NCBI RefSeq assembly: GCF_030684315.1
Contig: NC_081363.1
Span: 51,526,312-51,590,311, forward strand
Direction of reading: 5' to 3'
DNA from: Stegostoma tigrinum
Lineage: Eukaryota
DNA length: 64,000 bases
The first letter of the stretch is position 1; each line of letters starts with the position of its first letter. Shown piece by piece: positions 13,682-27,319 of the stretch. A program made the position numbers and the translations under genes. The notes under the pieces are model-generated. The model made no database searches and was not told where the DNA came from. It saw only the letters and a program-made list of their open reading frames with translations.

Positions 13682-13980
13682 GATAATAAAGTGTGAGGCT
13701 GGATGAGCACAGCAGGCCCAGCAGCATCTCAGAAGCACAAAAGCTGACGTTTCGGGTAAATTATACAAGTAAATGCAAACAGTGAAAATAATATAAATAA
13801 TTAAGACATTTGTATTAGTACATAACTACAAATATCCTAGTTGATCCATTCATCGTCATCAGGGTCTAGGCCCGAAACGTCAGCTTTTGTGCTCCTGAGA
13901 TGCTGCTTGGCCTGCTGTGTTCATCCAGCTCCACACTTTGTTATCTTGGATTCTCCAGCATCTGCAGTTCCCATTATCAC
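13682..13980 (+). mobile_element. Fold-back PLE pLTR insertion with captured flanking DNA in the loop
   Basis: TSD AGATATTGAACTCAA at 13667-13681 and 13981-13995; loop 13755-13860 is the reverse complement of 14443-14548. Confidence 0.92.
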
Positions 13981-15499
13981 AGATATTGAACTCAATGCTG
14001 TTTCTCTCTCTACACATGCTGCATTGTGTGTTTAGTCTAGCTGATTTGCACACTCTTCCAGCACTCCTTGTGAGCAAAAATGTTCCCTCTGTCCCTCAAA
14101 TAATCAGTTGCAGTTTATTTGCAGACCCCACCATAGCAACCTCTTCCATCTGTAACCTCCCTCCTCACAACCTTACCCTGGTTATTTACCTGTCCTCTTG
14201 GGCACTCATTCCCCCGCCCTTCAAAATTGCACCTCTTGTCCCTGACACAAACTGTTTCTCAAAATACTTTAACCCCAGAAAATGATCCTTTTTTAAATAT
14301 TCATGTTGTGGGATGTGGGCATCACTGGCTAGCCAGCATTCCTTGCGCTTCCCAATTGCCCTTGAGAAGATGGTGGCAAGCTGTTTTCTTGAATGGCTGC
14401 AGTCCTCCTGCTTTAGGTTGATCCACAGGGAATTCATCCATGGATGATGATGAATGGATCAACTAGGATATTTGTAGTTATGTACTAATACAAATGTCTT
14501 AATTATTTATATTATTTTCACTGTTTGCATTTACTTGTATAATTTACCTTTTAATTGCCTTCCTATTTTTTTCAAATTTACTGGAATTATTGTCCTTTTG
14601 TACTTTTTGGTCATGCAACGCAGGATTCATTTTAATCTTTAAGCAGCAGTGAATGCATTTTTTAAAATGATAGGGTAATCATTTTGTGGTAAGTCTTTGA
14701 CTTTTTTTTGTTCAGATTAAATATAATTTAAATACCTGTGTGTTTTTGATAAGACAAACTGTCCATACCTAGAACAGGAGAAGAGATTTGTGCTGAGGTG
14801 AAAGATTGCAGGGGTGTATGTGAGAGAAGGAAGCCCAGGCAAGATTTGCATAGAGGCAGATAATAGAGGATTGAAAGGAAATGCAATTATGTGAGGTTAA
14901 AGTTTGGAACGAATTGAGATAATGAAAAGGAGCTGCCTCTAAATTAAGGTCTGATTACTTTGTGGAGTCATAAGTAAACTTGGGCTCTAAGTGCATTTGG
15001 CCTAGAGACCAGGGGCATACATTGAACTCTATTCAGCCCAGGATATCCGGATTCAATGTATAAATTGTCTATGAATTATTGGGGGATTCTGAATCTCATA
15101 TGGAGCATGATTGGAGGTCTGATTGACCAGCAATTTTAGGGCCAGTTGGAAAAATTAGTTTGTGATTTATTTTCTGACTTTTGAAATTAATACCTAGTGT
15201 GTGACAGGAAATTCCTATTGGCTGAAAGAAGCTTTGTGCAGTATGATAGTGGTAAAATGCAAACTGGAAAGCAAAGAAGAAGATGATATGCAATTGCACT
15301 GTGGGTGAAACTACTTGGCCTGCGTTCATACAAACAGGTAGGTTGATAGTTTATGACAATCATAAACCATTGTTTGGAAAGAGACAGCGAGCTAAATGCG
15401 GCAGAAAATACTGCACATCACCAACAGAATCCTCACGATTTCCTCTCCAATTTTGTTAGATTTTGGAAAAGGATTTCATTCTTCCCAATTTTCCTCTGT

Positions 15500-16590
15500 G
15501 GGTTAAGGAGGGAGGGCTTTGGTTATGTTTCATTGGGATGTCTTTTGGGCCAGGTGGGCCTCTACTATAAGGATGGGTTACACCTAAACTGGAACGGCAT
15601 CAATGTTCTGGCTGGGAGGTTTGCTCGTGTCACTTTGGGTTTGAACTAGTGTGGCAGGGGAATGGGAGCCAGAGCAATAGGTCAGCAAGTGAAATGACCA
15701 AGAAGGAGGTACAGACTAAACCCATTAAGACTAAGAGGAAAAGCAGTCGGGGAGGGTACTCAACACATTAGGACCGGTGGTCTGAGGTGTAATTTTTTTA
15801 ATGTGAGGAGTGTGACGGGTAAGGCAGATGAACTTAGAGCTTGGATTAGTGCATTGCATATAATGCTGTGGCTGATGCTGTGGCTATTCCAGAAATTTAT
15901 TTGATACAGGTTCAAGTCTGGCATCTTAATGTTCTAGAATTTAAATATTTCAGGTAAGATAGACGAAAATGTAAAAAGGGAGAATATCACAGCTGTACTG
16001 AGGGATGGGACCTTAGAGGACTCATCCAGCAAGCCCATATGTGTAAAGCTCAGGAATAGGAAGGGTACAATAAATATGATGGGGGCTGGACTACAGGCAT
16101 TCCAACAACCAGCAGGAGGTAGAGGATATATGGACAGATTATGGGAAAATGTAAAACTACAGGGTTGTTCTGGTGAGTGATTATAACTTGTCTGATATTG
16201 ACTGTATCAGTGATAATGGGAACTGCAGATGCTGGAGAATCCAAGATAATAAAGTGTGAAGCTGGATGAACACAGCAGGCCAAGCAGCGTCTCAGGAGCA
16301 CAAAAGCTGACATTTCTGATGAAGTGTCTAGGCCTGAAACGTCAGCTTTTGTGCTCCTGAGATGCTGCTTGGCCTGCTGTGTTCATCCAGCTTCACACTT
16401 TATCTTGATATTGGCTGTAACCTCCTTAGTGCCAGGGGCTTGGATGGGGGGAGTTTGTTAGGTGTGTCTAGGATTTTTTTTTCAAGCAATATGTAAATAG
16501 TCCAACTGTAGAAGGAGCCATACTGGATCTGGTATTGTGGAATGAACCTGGAATGGTGATCTAAGTTTCAGTGGGGAAATTTTTCAAGAA
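15500..16590 (+). mobile_element. CR1 ORF1-end/endonuclease fragment
   Basis: YYKDGLHLNWNGINVLAGRFA; similar to about 47215-47950. Confidence 0.75.
16207..16405 (-). mobile_element. Fold-back PLE pLTR insertion inside a CR1 fragment
   Basis: Inverted arms; TSD TGATATTG(A/G)CTGTA at 16193-16206 and 16406-16419. Confidence 0.9.
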
Positions 16591-16609
16591 CACTGAAGGG
16601 AAGAAAGCT

Positions 16610-18115
16610 CAGGTGGAAAGTCTATGGGCCTGGTAATGGTCTGGCAGTACTGAAGACATGTGCTCCAGAAGTTACCACTCCTCCATCCAAGTTTTTCCAG
16701 AATAGTTACAAGACTAGCATCTTTCCAATAATGTGGAAAATTGCTCCCAGTATGTCCAAAATATTGCCCCAGAATCGAATCTGGCCATTTACCACCCCTT
16801 TAGACCATCAGTAAAGTGATGAAAGGTGTTATCAACAGCGCTATTGAACAGCACCTGCTCAGCAATAGCCTGCTCAGTGATACCCAGTTTAGGTTCCACC
16901 AGGGCCACTCAGCTCCTGACCTCATTGCAGCCCTGGTTCAAATATGGACAAAAGAGCTGAATTCCAAAGGTGGGGTGCGAGTGACAGCCCTTGACATCGA
17001 GGCTTGCATTTGACTGAGAGTGGCACCATGGCATTCTAACAAAACTGCTATCAATGGGTATCAGGGGACAAACGCTCTGCTGGTTGGAGTCCTACCTGGC
17101 ACATAGGAAGATGGTTGTAGTTGTTGGAGGTCAGTCATCTCTGCTCCAGGATCTCTCTGCAGGAGCACCTCTCGTGTTCTAGGGTGAACCATTTTCAGCT
17201 GCTTCATTAATGACCTTCCCTCCATCATAAGATCAGAAGTGAGGTGTTCGCTGATGATTGATTGTGTAATATTTACCACCATTTGGAAGTCCTCGGATAC
17301 TGTAGCAGTCCATGTTCAAATGCAATAAGATCTGGACAATATCCAGGTTTGGGCTGACAAGTGGCAAGTAACATTTGCGCCACATAAATAAATGCCAGGC
17401 TATGACAATCACCAATAAGAAACAATCTAATCACCATCCCTTGATATTAAATAGTGTTACTATCACAAAATTCCCCAGTATCAACATCCTGGGTGTTACT
17501 ATTGACTAGAAATGCAACTGGATTTGCTGCATATCACAAGGTCGACAACAGCAAAACAGGTTAACACTGTGGTGAGTAACTCATCTCCTGACTTCCCATG
17601 GTCTGTCCATCATCAGTAAGACACATGTGAGGTGATGGAATACTCCAGACTTGCCTGGATGAGTGCAGCCCCAATAACACTGAAGAAGCTTGACACCATC
17701 CAGGACAAAGCAGCCCCCTTGATTGGTACCATATCCACAAACATCCACTTCCTCCACCATCTTCCTGAGTAGTAGCAGTGTATACTATCTACACTATGCA
17801 CTGCAGAAATTCACCAAACATCCTCAGCACCGTCTGAACACATGACCCCTTCCACCAGAACAACAGATACATGGGAACACCACCTGCAAGGTCCCTTCCA
17901 AGCCACTCACCAACCTGTCATAAAAATATATCACCATTCCTTCACTATCGCTGGTTCAAATCCTGGAATTCCCTCTCTAATGGCTTTTGGGCGAACATAC
18001 AGCAGGTGGACTGCAGTGGTTCAAGAAGGCTGCTCACCACCACCTTTGCAAGGGTAAGTAGGGATGTCAATAAATGCTGGCCAGCCCACGACCCCACATC
18101 CCACAAAAGAATAAA
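16610..18115 (+). mobile_element. Old CR1/L2-group LINE RT + 3' fragment
   Basis: QFRFHQGHSAPDLI...VTALDI; related copies at about 1050-2650 (+), 21330-22295 (+), 57850-59780 (-). Confidence 0.82.
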
Positions 18116-18899
18116 AATAGCAACAAACACTACTATACATAGCTTGGACAAGCAGCATGTTTCTGTGCTGTTAATTGTATGTAATTCTTTTGATCATAAT
18201 AAATCGTGTTGCTATCTTTTAATGGTTCAGCAATTTACCTTAGCTGATTAGCTTTCCAATTAAAATGAATGGAAAGGGAAATTGGGCTGTAGAACTGGCG
18301 ATTTTTGTGTTAATTACTGAAGCCTGGTGGACGTTTCTTCAATTTGGGATAATAGTACAGTGGAGAAATAAGGTGACAATTTAGGTAATTAAAATTAATT
18401 AATTTTTAATTTGCATTTTTGGCAGGACTCATGGAGTAGTGGGCTTGGACTACCAGCATGTTCCTCCCGTTAAATGTGTTTTTTAAAAAATATTTGGCAA
18501 TGATCCTATCACATTAGAGGGCCACAAACATTTGGAAACCCTCGTTGAAAAAGTGGTGGAAGCAAAGTCTTTGAATATGCCACTGTAGAGGTAGATTCTT
18601 GGCAAACAATGGGGGTGAAAGGTTATCAGGGTTGGCAGGAATATGGTAGATTGAAGTGTATGAGCAGACCAGCCATGATCTTCCTAACTGATGGAGCTAG
18701 CTTGAGGATTTGAAAAGTCTACTCCTTATTTGTATATGTAAATTTACTGTACCAATCTTACATTGGCTGTATTGTCTGAAATGATGTAGATTCTACCTGG
18801 GAATATGCTGTTTGAAATTTGGCTGCTGCATTTCCTGCAATGAATAAGCCTTTAAAATATCTCATGTAAAGCAATTTGACACATTCCATGATCAGAAAT

Positions 18900-19730
18900 T
18901 GTCTGTCTGCATTTTGCAGGGATCACTCCCCCTAGGACACCCTAGTCCATTCCACAACCACCCAAGCCACTCCGCTCCCCATGGCACCTTCCCATGTAAC
19001 AGCAGAAGGTGCAACATCTGCCCCTTCACCACCTCCCTGCTCACCATCCAAGGGCACAAACCATTTCACCTATACCACCTCCAATCTTGTGTGTTGTATT
19101 TGCTGTACCCAATGTGGCCTACTCTACATTGGAGAAACCAAACGCAGACTGGTGACCACTTTGTGGAACACCTCCTGTCTGTGCACAAGCAGGACCCCGA
19201 CCTTCCCATAGCTGGTCATTTTGATACAACATCCTGCTTGCATGCCCACTTGTCTGTCCTTGGCATGCTGCAGTGCTCCAGTGAATCTTCAGACTAGGCA
19301 CTTTACAGCCTTCTGGACTTAATATTGAGTTCATCAGCTTCAGATTGTGTATGATTTCTTCTCTTTCTTTTAGCTTATTGCATTCTGTTATCATGTTCTC
19401 TCTCCACCCCACCATCCCCATTCCAGTGGGGACTGTGTACTTTCAATCTGGCAGGAGATGCACCATTGTTCTGCCTTTCACCCATTCGGATCACTTAATC
19501 TGAACTATCCTTTCTTCATCAGCAACCTATATCCACCACCTCCTCACTACCCCCCTTAAACCATAGCATTATGCTGTCCCCTCGACATTTCAATTCGGCT
19601 CTGATGAAGAGTCATCTAGACTCGACGTTAGCTTGCTGTCTCTCCATGAATGCTCTCTGACCTGCAGTGATCTCCAGCATTGGTTGTTTTCAGTACAGAT
19701 TCCAGCATCTGCAGTAATTTTCTCCTACAT
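18900..19730 (+). mobile_element. Older degraded PLE 3' fragment
   Basis: HGTFPCNSRRCNIC linker, CTQCGLLYIGETKRRL, degenerate CTGATGAAGAGTC...GACTC hammerhead near 19601, tail CAGCATCTGCAGT. Confidence 0.85.
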
Positions 19731-20170
19731 TAATGTGCCTTTGTCTTTCTCTTTCCTGCCACAATAAAAAATTTGGATATTGCAACACAGAAGGTCTTAA
19801 ATTAATTTTCTAATATGACTGTATGCCAATATTTCTGTAAATCCTTTAGATGAAATCTCATCAGATGGAAGAGGTAATAGTCTACAATTCTCAAATGGTT
19901 AACTTTTTGCATATGTAATTCAAAGCAAGCCTTGGACATTGCAGATAATAATTACATTCTAGATGTTTGCCAGTAATTTGCTTTCAACATTGCAAACATC
20001 TCCCACAGTTTAAACAAAACGAATATGGTTTTTATACCCTCTAACCAAAGTTTTTGATTGAATGTGGCATCAAACAGGTAAGAAACCACAAAAATTGGTG
20101 CTGCTCCTGGCTTGGGTCGTAAACCCTGAACCAATCGTGGTGCACCTTCTAGAGCTCAAGGCCTGATTTC

Positions 20171-20511
20171 CATAGAACCCCTACAGTGTGGAAACAGGCC
20201 ATTCAGCCCAACAAGTCCACGTTGACCCTCCGAAGAACATCCCACCCAGACCCATCTCCCTATGCTTTTCTGTAACCCTACATTTCCTATGGCTAATGCA
20301 CCTAACCCATACATCCCTGAACACTACAGGCAATTTAGCATGGCCAATCCCCCTAACCTGCACATCTTTGGACTGTGGAAAGAAACCAGAGCACCTGGCA
20401 GAAACCCATGCAGACATGGGGAGAATGCCTGTGTGGCATTTCACAGTTACCCAAGGGTAGAATTGAAACTGGGTCCTTTGCGCTGTGAGAACAACACTGC
20501 TGACCACTGAT
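20171..20511 (-). mobile_element. HE1-like V-SINE
   Basis: Reverse-complement homolog of 44394-44750. Confidence 0.88.
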
Positions 20512-22296
20512 CCGATGTGTCGGTGTTTTGGAGCCAGTTGAAGGAATGGTTTGGAGGCAAAGTGCAGCCTGGAGAAACACAAAGAGAGAATCATGCCAGT
20601 AGAGCAGTCTGACTGTGGATAGCCTGGAAAAATCAGATGGATCAAGTTTGAATTTGTGGATAGGAAGGAACTACTAGATGTTCACATATTCCTAATTGGT
20701 AGTTGTAAAGGGGAAGCAATAGAATCAGAAGAAATGCATTCACAGTGGTTTGACCGGGACAAAATTGAGATGTAATTTGATGACGTCTACTAGTCCCCTT
20801 GTGACTTCAGAAGAAGCTTTTCAAGGGTTACTTTAGTTCAAAGGATATTCCACTATCCTGGAATACATACTGGTGGATGAGCTGGAAATGGAGGAGTCCT
20901 GATTTTAAAAAAAATTCAGAATTGTGACCCAGTGCCATTACTGAAAATTAAGTTGCAACAGAATAGTGTACAACTTGAGAGGAATTTTCAGGTGGTGCTT
21001 CTCCTAGGTATCTGCTGCCCTTCTCCTTTTAGATTGTGGAGCTTTGGAAGGTGTTGTTGAAGAAACCGTGCTGTGTTGCTGCAGTGCAGCTTGTACCTCA
21101 ATGCCCTGGTGCCATACTGTGTTGGTAGTGAACGGTGTGAATGTTAAGTTGGTGGTGGATGACGTGCCATTCAAGTGGGCCTGCGTTGTTCAGGATCATG
21201 TTGAGCTTCTGGAAGCAAGTGGAGAGTATTCTGTCACAATCCTAAGTTGTGCCTTGTCAATGTTGGGTGTAGTTTTGGGTCCTGACGTAAACCTCTGTAC
21301 CAGACGCTGGCATCAAGAAGTCCGAACGAAATTGAAGTCAATGGGTAACAGTGGACAAACTTTCCATAACTGGAGTCATACTTAACATAAAGGAAGTTGA
21401 TTGTGGTTGTTTGAGAGCAATCATCTTGTCTCCAGAGCATCTCTGCAGGAGTTTCACTGGGTAGTGTCCGAGGCTAATTATTTCCTCCATGAACTTCCTT
21501 GCATTGACAAGATAAAACTTAGGGATGCTCACTGCTTAATATTCTGAACAATTTGAGACGCGTTAGATGTAATGTACACACAAAGGCTACCTCAGTAAGG
21601 CCTAGCCCATATTCAAGACTGGACTGGTGAACGGGAAGTAACATTTGCACGACATATATAGCAGGCAATGGCTATCTCCAACAGAGGTGCTAATCACCTA
21701 TCCTTAACACTGAACCATGTTACCGCAGCTGAATCTGTTAAGATCAACATCCTGAGATTTATCTGGACAAGCCAAATAAATACTGTGACTACAAGAGCGG
21801 GTCAGAGGCTGGGAATTCTGCAGCAAATAATTCACCTCCTGAATACCAAAGGCCTTCTCACCATTTACAAAGCACAAATCAGGAGTGTGACTGAATACTT
21901 GCCACTTGCCACTTGCCTGGGTAGATGCAGCTCCAGCAACATGCAGGAATCTAAACACCATCCAGGACAAAGCACCCAGGTATATAGCACTCTTTCCAAC
22001 ACTAACTCACAGTCACAGCAGTGTATACTGTCGACAAGATGCACTGCAGCAACTCACCAACAGCACTTTCTAAAACTGTGACCGTTGCCACTTGGAAAGA
22101 TAAAGGCAACAGATTCTGCCCCCCCAAGTTGCCACCATACTGACTTGTAAAGATATTACCATTCCTTCGCTGTTATTGGGTTGAAATTTGTAAGTCTCTT
22201 ACTAACAGCACAGTGAGTGTACCTACATGAGTTAGACTGCAGTAGTTCCAGAAGGAAGTTCACCATCACCACCTTCAGGGCAATGAGAGATGGGAA

Positions 22297-24340
22297 ACCA
22301 TAAGACCATAAGACATAGGAGTGGAAGTAAGGCCATTCGGCCCATCGAGTCCACTCCATCATTTAAATCATGGCTGATGGGCATTTCAACTCCACTCCCC
22401 TGCACTCTCCCCGTAGCCCTTGATTCCTTCTGAGATCAAGAATTTGTCAATTTCTGCCTTGAAGACATCCAACGTCCCGGCCTCCACTGCACTCCATGGC
22501 AATGAATTCTACAAGCCCACCACTCTCTGGCTGAAGAAATGTCATCTCATTTCAGTTTTAAATTTCCCCCCTCTAATTTTAATGCTGTGCCCATGGGTCC
22601 TAGTCTCCCCGCCTAACGGAAACAACTTCCCAGCATCCACCCCGTCTAAGCCATACATTATCTTGTAGGTTTCTATTAGATCTCCCCTCAACCTTCTAAA
22701 CTCTAATGAGTACAATCACAGGATCCTTAGCCGTTCATCGTACGTTAAACCTACCATTCCAGGGATCATCCGTGTGAATCTCCACTGGACACGCTCCAGG
22801 GCTAGTATGTCCTTCCTGAGGTGTGGGGCCCAAAATTGGACACAGTATTCCAAATGGGGCCTAACTAGCGCTTTGTAAAGTCTCAGAAGCACATCACTGC
22901 TTTTATATTTCAACCCTCTTGAGATAAACGACAACATTACATTCACTTTCTTAATCACGGACTCTACCTGCAAGTTAACTTTTAGAGAATCCTGGACCGA
23001 CATTCCCAGATCCCTTTGTACTTCTGCTTTACAAATTTTCTCACCATTTAGAAAATAGTCCATGCCTGTATTCTTTTTTCCAAAGTGCAAAACCTCACAT
23101 TTACTCACATTGAATTGCATCAGCCATTTCCTGGACCACTCTCCGAAACTGTCTAAATCTTTCTGCAGCTTTCCCACCTCCTCAGTACTACCTGCCTGTC
23201 CACCTATCTTCGTATCATTGGCAAACTTCACCAGAATGCCCCCAGTCCCTTCATCCAGATCATTAATATATAAAGTGAACAGCTGCGGCCCCAACACTGA
23301 ACCCTGCAGGACACTACTCGTCACCGGTTACCATTCCAAAAAAGAGCCTTTTATCCCAACTCTTTGCCTTCTGTCAGACAGCCAATCCTCAATCCAAGCC
23401 AGTAGCTCACCTCGAACACTATGGGCCCTCACCTTGTTCAGCAGCCTCCCGTGAGGCACCGTATCAAAGGCCTTTTGGAAGTGTAGATAGATAACATCTA
23501 CTGGGTTTCCCTGGTCTAACATACTTGTTACCTCTTCAAAGAATTCTAACAGGTTTGTCAGGCACAACCTCCCCTTACTAAATCCATGCTGATTTGTTCT
23601 AATCTGGCCCTGCACTTCCAGGAATTTAGAAATCTCATCCTTGACAATGGATTTTAGAATTTTACCAACTACTGAGGTTAGGCTAATCGGCCTATAATTT
23701 TCCATCTTTTGCCTTGATCCTTTCTTAAACATGGGGGTTACAACAGCAATTTTCCGATCAACTGGGACTTTCCCTGACTTCAGTGACTTTTGAAAGATCA
23801 CAGCCAAAGCCTCTACTATTTCCTCAGCCACCTCCCTCAGAACTCTAGGATGTAGCCCAACGGGACCAGGAGATTTATCAATCTTTAGACCTTTTAGCTT
23901 TTCTAGCACTTTCTCTTTTGTAATGCCTCCATACTCAACTCTGCCCCCTGGCTCTCCCTAATTATTGACACGCTACTCATGTCTTCCACTGTGAAGACTG
24001 ATGCAAAGTACTTATTAAGTTCTTCAGCTATTTCCTTATCTCCCATCACTAGACTTCCAGCATCAATTTGGAGCGGCCCAATATCTACTTTTGCCTCTCA
24101 TTTGTTTCTTATGTATTGAAAGAAGCTTTTACTGTCATTTCTAATATTTCTAGCTAGCCTACCTTCATATTTGATCCTCTCCTTCCTTATTGCTCTCTTT
24201 GTTATCCTCTGTTTGTTTTTGTAGCCTTCTCAATCTTCTGATTTCCCAGTGCTCTTGGCCACTTTATAGGCTGTCTCTTTTTCTTTGATATATTTTCTGA
24301 CTTCCTTTGTCAGCCATGGCTGTCTAATCCCACCCCAGAT
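22297..24340 (-). mobile_element. Young 5'-truncated CR1 LINE (RT + 3' UTR)
   Basis: KSPGP, NYRPISLTSVVGK, QHGF, QGSVLGPQLF, KFANDTK, RPHLEYCVQFW; short TAAGACCA-repeat tail. Confidence 0.95.
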
Positions 24341-25689
24341 AAACAAATGGCAGTGCCCTGCCGGAGACACTTGCATCCCTCGTTTTGTTTTAAATGACTC
24401 AGGAAACACCCATTGCAATAATTCTATTCAATAATTGTGTAGTGCTCATTTGATTTCAAATGTACATTTTATTCAAATGTATTACACTGAATTTTTCAAT
24501 ATGACAACCTTGCCCTGATGATGCAGATTGCTAATACTGAACATTAATTTTAAAAATATTTAAGCTGTAATGATAACAAAAAAAAGGACTGGCATACGCA
24601 CAATTTCTGTTCCTTGGTTTATGCAACACAATAACATACAGCAATCTGGGCATCATTTGCTTAGAATATAAAGCTACATTAAAATGCAAGAATTTATTTT
24701 TGATTTGTTTTACAAAATATTTTTGACAAACATTAGCAAATTCTGAGGAACCATTTCTCAAACTTTAAAATGCCACACAAGAAAATTTTGGCTCCCTTTT
24801 TTACTGTTGTTTTCAAACGGAAAATGAGGAATGAAAATATATCATACTATAAAGCGTCAATATTTACGACTTAATACGAATTAACATCAAGCCACAAGAA
24901 CACCTTAGAATGTGAAAACAACAAACTCCAAGTTGCTGGCTTTATAAATAAGCTTTCGTGTGTTCACTATGTTTTAATTAGAATTGTTCTAAAATGTAAC
25001 ACATCTGTAATGTTAGCTTTGATGTTACTCATGAAGAGATTTTTGGTTAATTGAATAGGTACTAGTGTTCCCAGTTAACTGCTAGCATGTAAGGTTCAAA
25101 TGACGTGATTTTTCAATTGATGTACAGCCAAATAGACCCGTTGTTAAAAACAAAATGATCTCACTGTTTTGGCACTTTGGGCACTTATTTGATTTTGACA
25201 CATAATTAGCAACAATGAAAGTATACGTACAACCTGACAGCAGAAACATTTCAACCTTGTGTTATATGGCATTGATTGACTCAGTGTTTTTCGTCACTTG
25301 TTCACTACTTCTATGCTCTCATCAGACTCTTCTCCAAAGGAGTTGGTGTCATGGTTCCATAGATTGTGATCATCGTCTGAAACCTCACTCGAGCAAACAT
25401 TTGCGAATTTCAATAATAAATGCTGGCTACCATTGTGTGGGGATGAAGGGCTAGAGGAGGAGGGGGCCTAAATCATTACAACTATGAGCTTATCTCCAAC
25501 TATCCTACACAGTAATGACACTGAATTTATATTTGATCCCTTTCCTTCAAGCGTTGCTGAGGCCGCTCATGGTAAACCCATTGTCTCAGAAAAGTTCAAT
25601 GAAAACATTCAGTAACCTAACATCACAGGACAAATGACGGTGCCAGACTTGTCAGCATTGTGGTCTTTTCGATCAGACTAAACTGAAGC

Positions 25690-25940
25690 TCTTCAGATGG
25701 ATATGAAAGATCCCTTAGCACCATTTTGAAACAGATTTGGCCTGATGTCCTGAGCAACACATCACTCAGTTAGCACTGCCAAAGTTAAGCTGTTTGTTCA
25801 TATTTCACACTGTTTGTCAGATCTCTGTGTTGTAAAATTGGTTGCTGCTTTTCCCTAAGATACAACAATGACTATCAAAATTATTTCATTGGTAATGGGA
25901 AATGATTGGCAGGGGGGTGTCCTAAGGTACCAGATAAATC
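25690..25940 (+). mobile_element. Ancient Deu-domain SINE remnant
   Basis: GAAAGATCCC..GCAC.ATTTTGAA and AAATTGG.TGCTG..TTTCCC..ACAACA.TGACTA blocks resemble the DeuSINE domain as I recall it. Confidence 0.5.
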
Positions 25941-26375
25941 CAAGTTTTTTTTAAATGATAAAAATAAAAATAAAAATCAAAGCTGGATTTTTCAGGCTGT
26001 ATGCCTCAGACCGTCAAACAGCGGACAGTTCCAATTACAGTATCCTAAAGACTTAATCAAACGTCTTTAAAATATTAAAATGAGATAAGTTATGTGACAA
26101 CTGAAAATAATGCAGTTGCCTTCTGAATTGAATTGCAATTTTCAAGCATTACATATATTCCATTATAAGTTGTTCTGAAATACAATCTTGTGGAACTCAG
26201 CATTTCAGAACATTTGCTAAGTGTCCTGAAATTACATCTTATTGTTTAAGAGTTCCCATTAGTACTTCCAACTATTTTGTTAGGAACTGATTTTTTTTTT
26301 ACTTCCTAACTGTTAATATAGGATTATACCATCTTAAATCCAAATTACAATTTATTTTAATATAACTAAATCATA

Positions 26376-27216
26376 GATAATGGGAACTGCAGATGCTGGA
26401 AAAATCCAAGATAATAAAGTGTGAAGCTGGATGAACACAGCAGGCCAAACAGCATCTCAGGAGCACAAGAGCTGACGTTTCGGGCCAAGACCCTTCATCA
26501 GAGAGGGGGATGGGGTGAGGGTTCTGGAATAATTAGGGAGAGAGGGGGAGGCGGACCGAAGATGGAGAGAAAAGAAGATAGGTGGAGAGGAGAGTATAGG
26601 TGGGGAGGTAGGGAGGGGATAGGTCAGTCCAGGGAAGACAGACAGGTCAAGGAGGTGGGATGAGGTTAGTAGGTAGGAAATGGAGGTGCGGCTTGGGGTG
26701 GGAGGAAGGGATGGGTGAGAGGAAGAACAGGTTAGGGAAGCGGAGACAGGCTGGGCTGGTTTTGGGATGCAGTGGGGGGAGGGGAAGAACTGGGCTAGTT
26801 TTGGGACGCAGTGGGGGAAGGGGAGATTTTGAAGCTGGTGAAGTCCACATTGATACCATTGGGCCGCAGGGTTCCCAAGCAGAATATGAGTTGCTGTTCC
26901 TGCAACCTTTGAGTGGCATCATTGTGGCACTGCAGGAGGCCCATGATGGACATGTTGTCTAAAGAATGGGAGGGGGAGTTGAAATGGTTCGCGACTGGGA
27001 GGTGCAGTTGTTTACTGCGAACCGAGCGGAGGTGTTCTGAAAGCGGTTCCCAAGCCTCTGCTTGGGTTCCCCAATGTAGAGGAGGCCACATCGGGTACAA
27101 TGGATACAGTATACCACATTGGCAGATGTGCAGGTGAACCTCTGCTTAATATGGAAAGTCATCTTGGGGCCTGGGATAGGGGTGAGGGAGGAGGTGTGGA
27201 GGCAAGTGTAGCACTT
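26376..27216 (-). mobile_element. 3' fragment of the same PLE family (GIY-YIG + pLTR)
   Basis: Closely similar to about 11248-12051; VVYCIHCTRCGLLYIGE; short internal tandem duplication near 26750-26825. Confidence 0.92.
26471..26501 (-). ncRNA. Minimal hammerhead motif, same strand as GPR135
   Basis: Minus strand reads CTGATGAAGGGTCTTGGCCCGAAACGTCAGC; intact core. Confidence 0.7.
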
Positions 27217-27319
27217 ATTATACATTGGTTTTCTTTCAGAAACTGTTTGCTACAAATTTCAGCAAATTTAAAGCCCCTCAGTTTATAAACATATCTCATT
27301 GAATAATTTTGAATTTTGT

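Noticed and set aside
15198-15337. Exon-like segment with strong donor and short similarity to 37172-37202
   Set aside because: All three frames contain stops and the similarity is too short to exclude chance.
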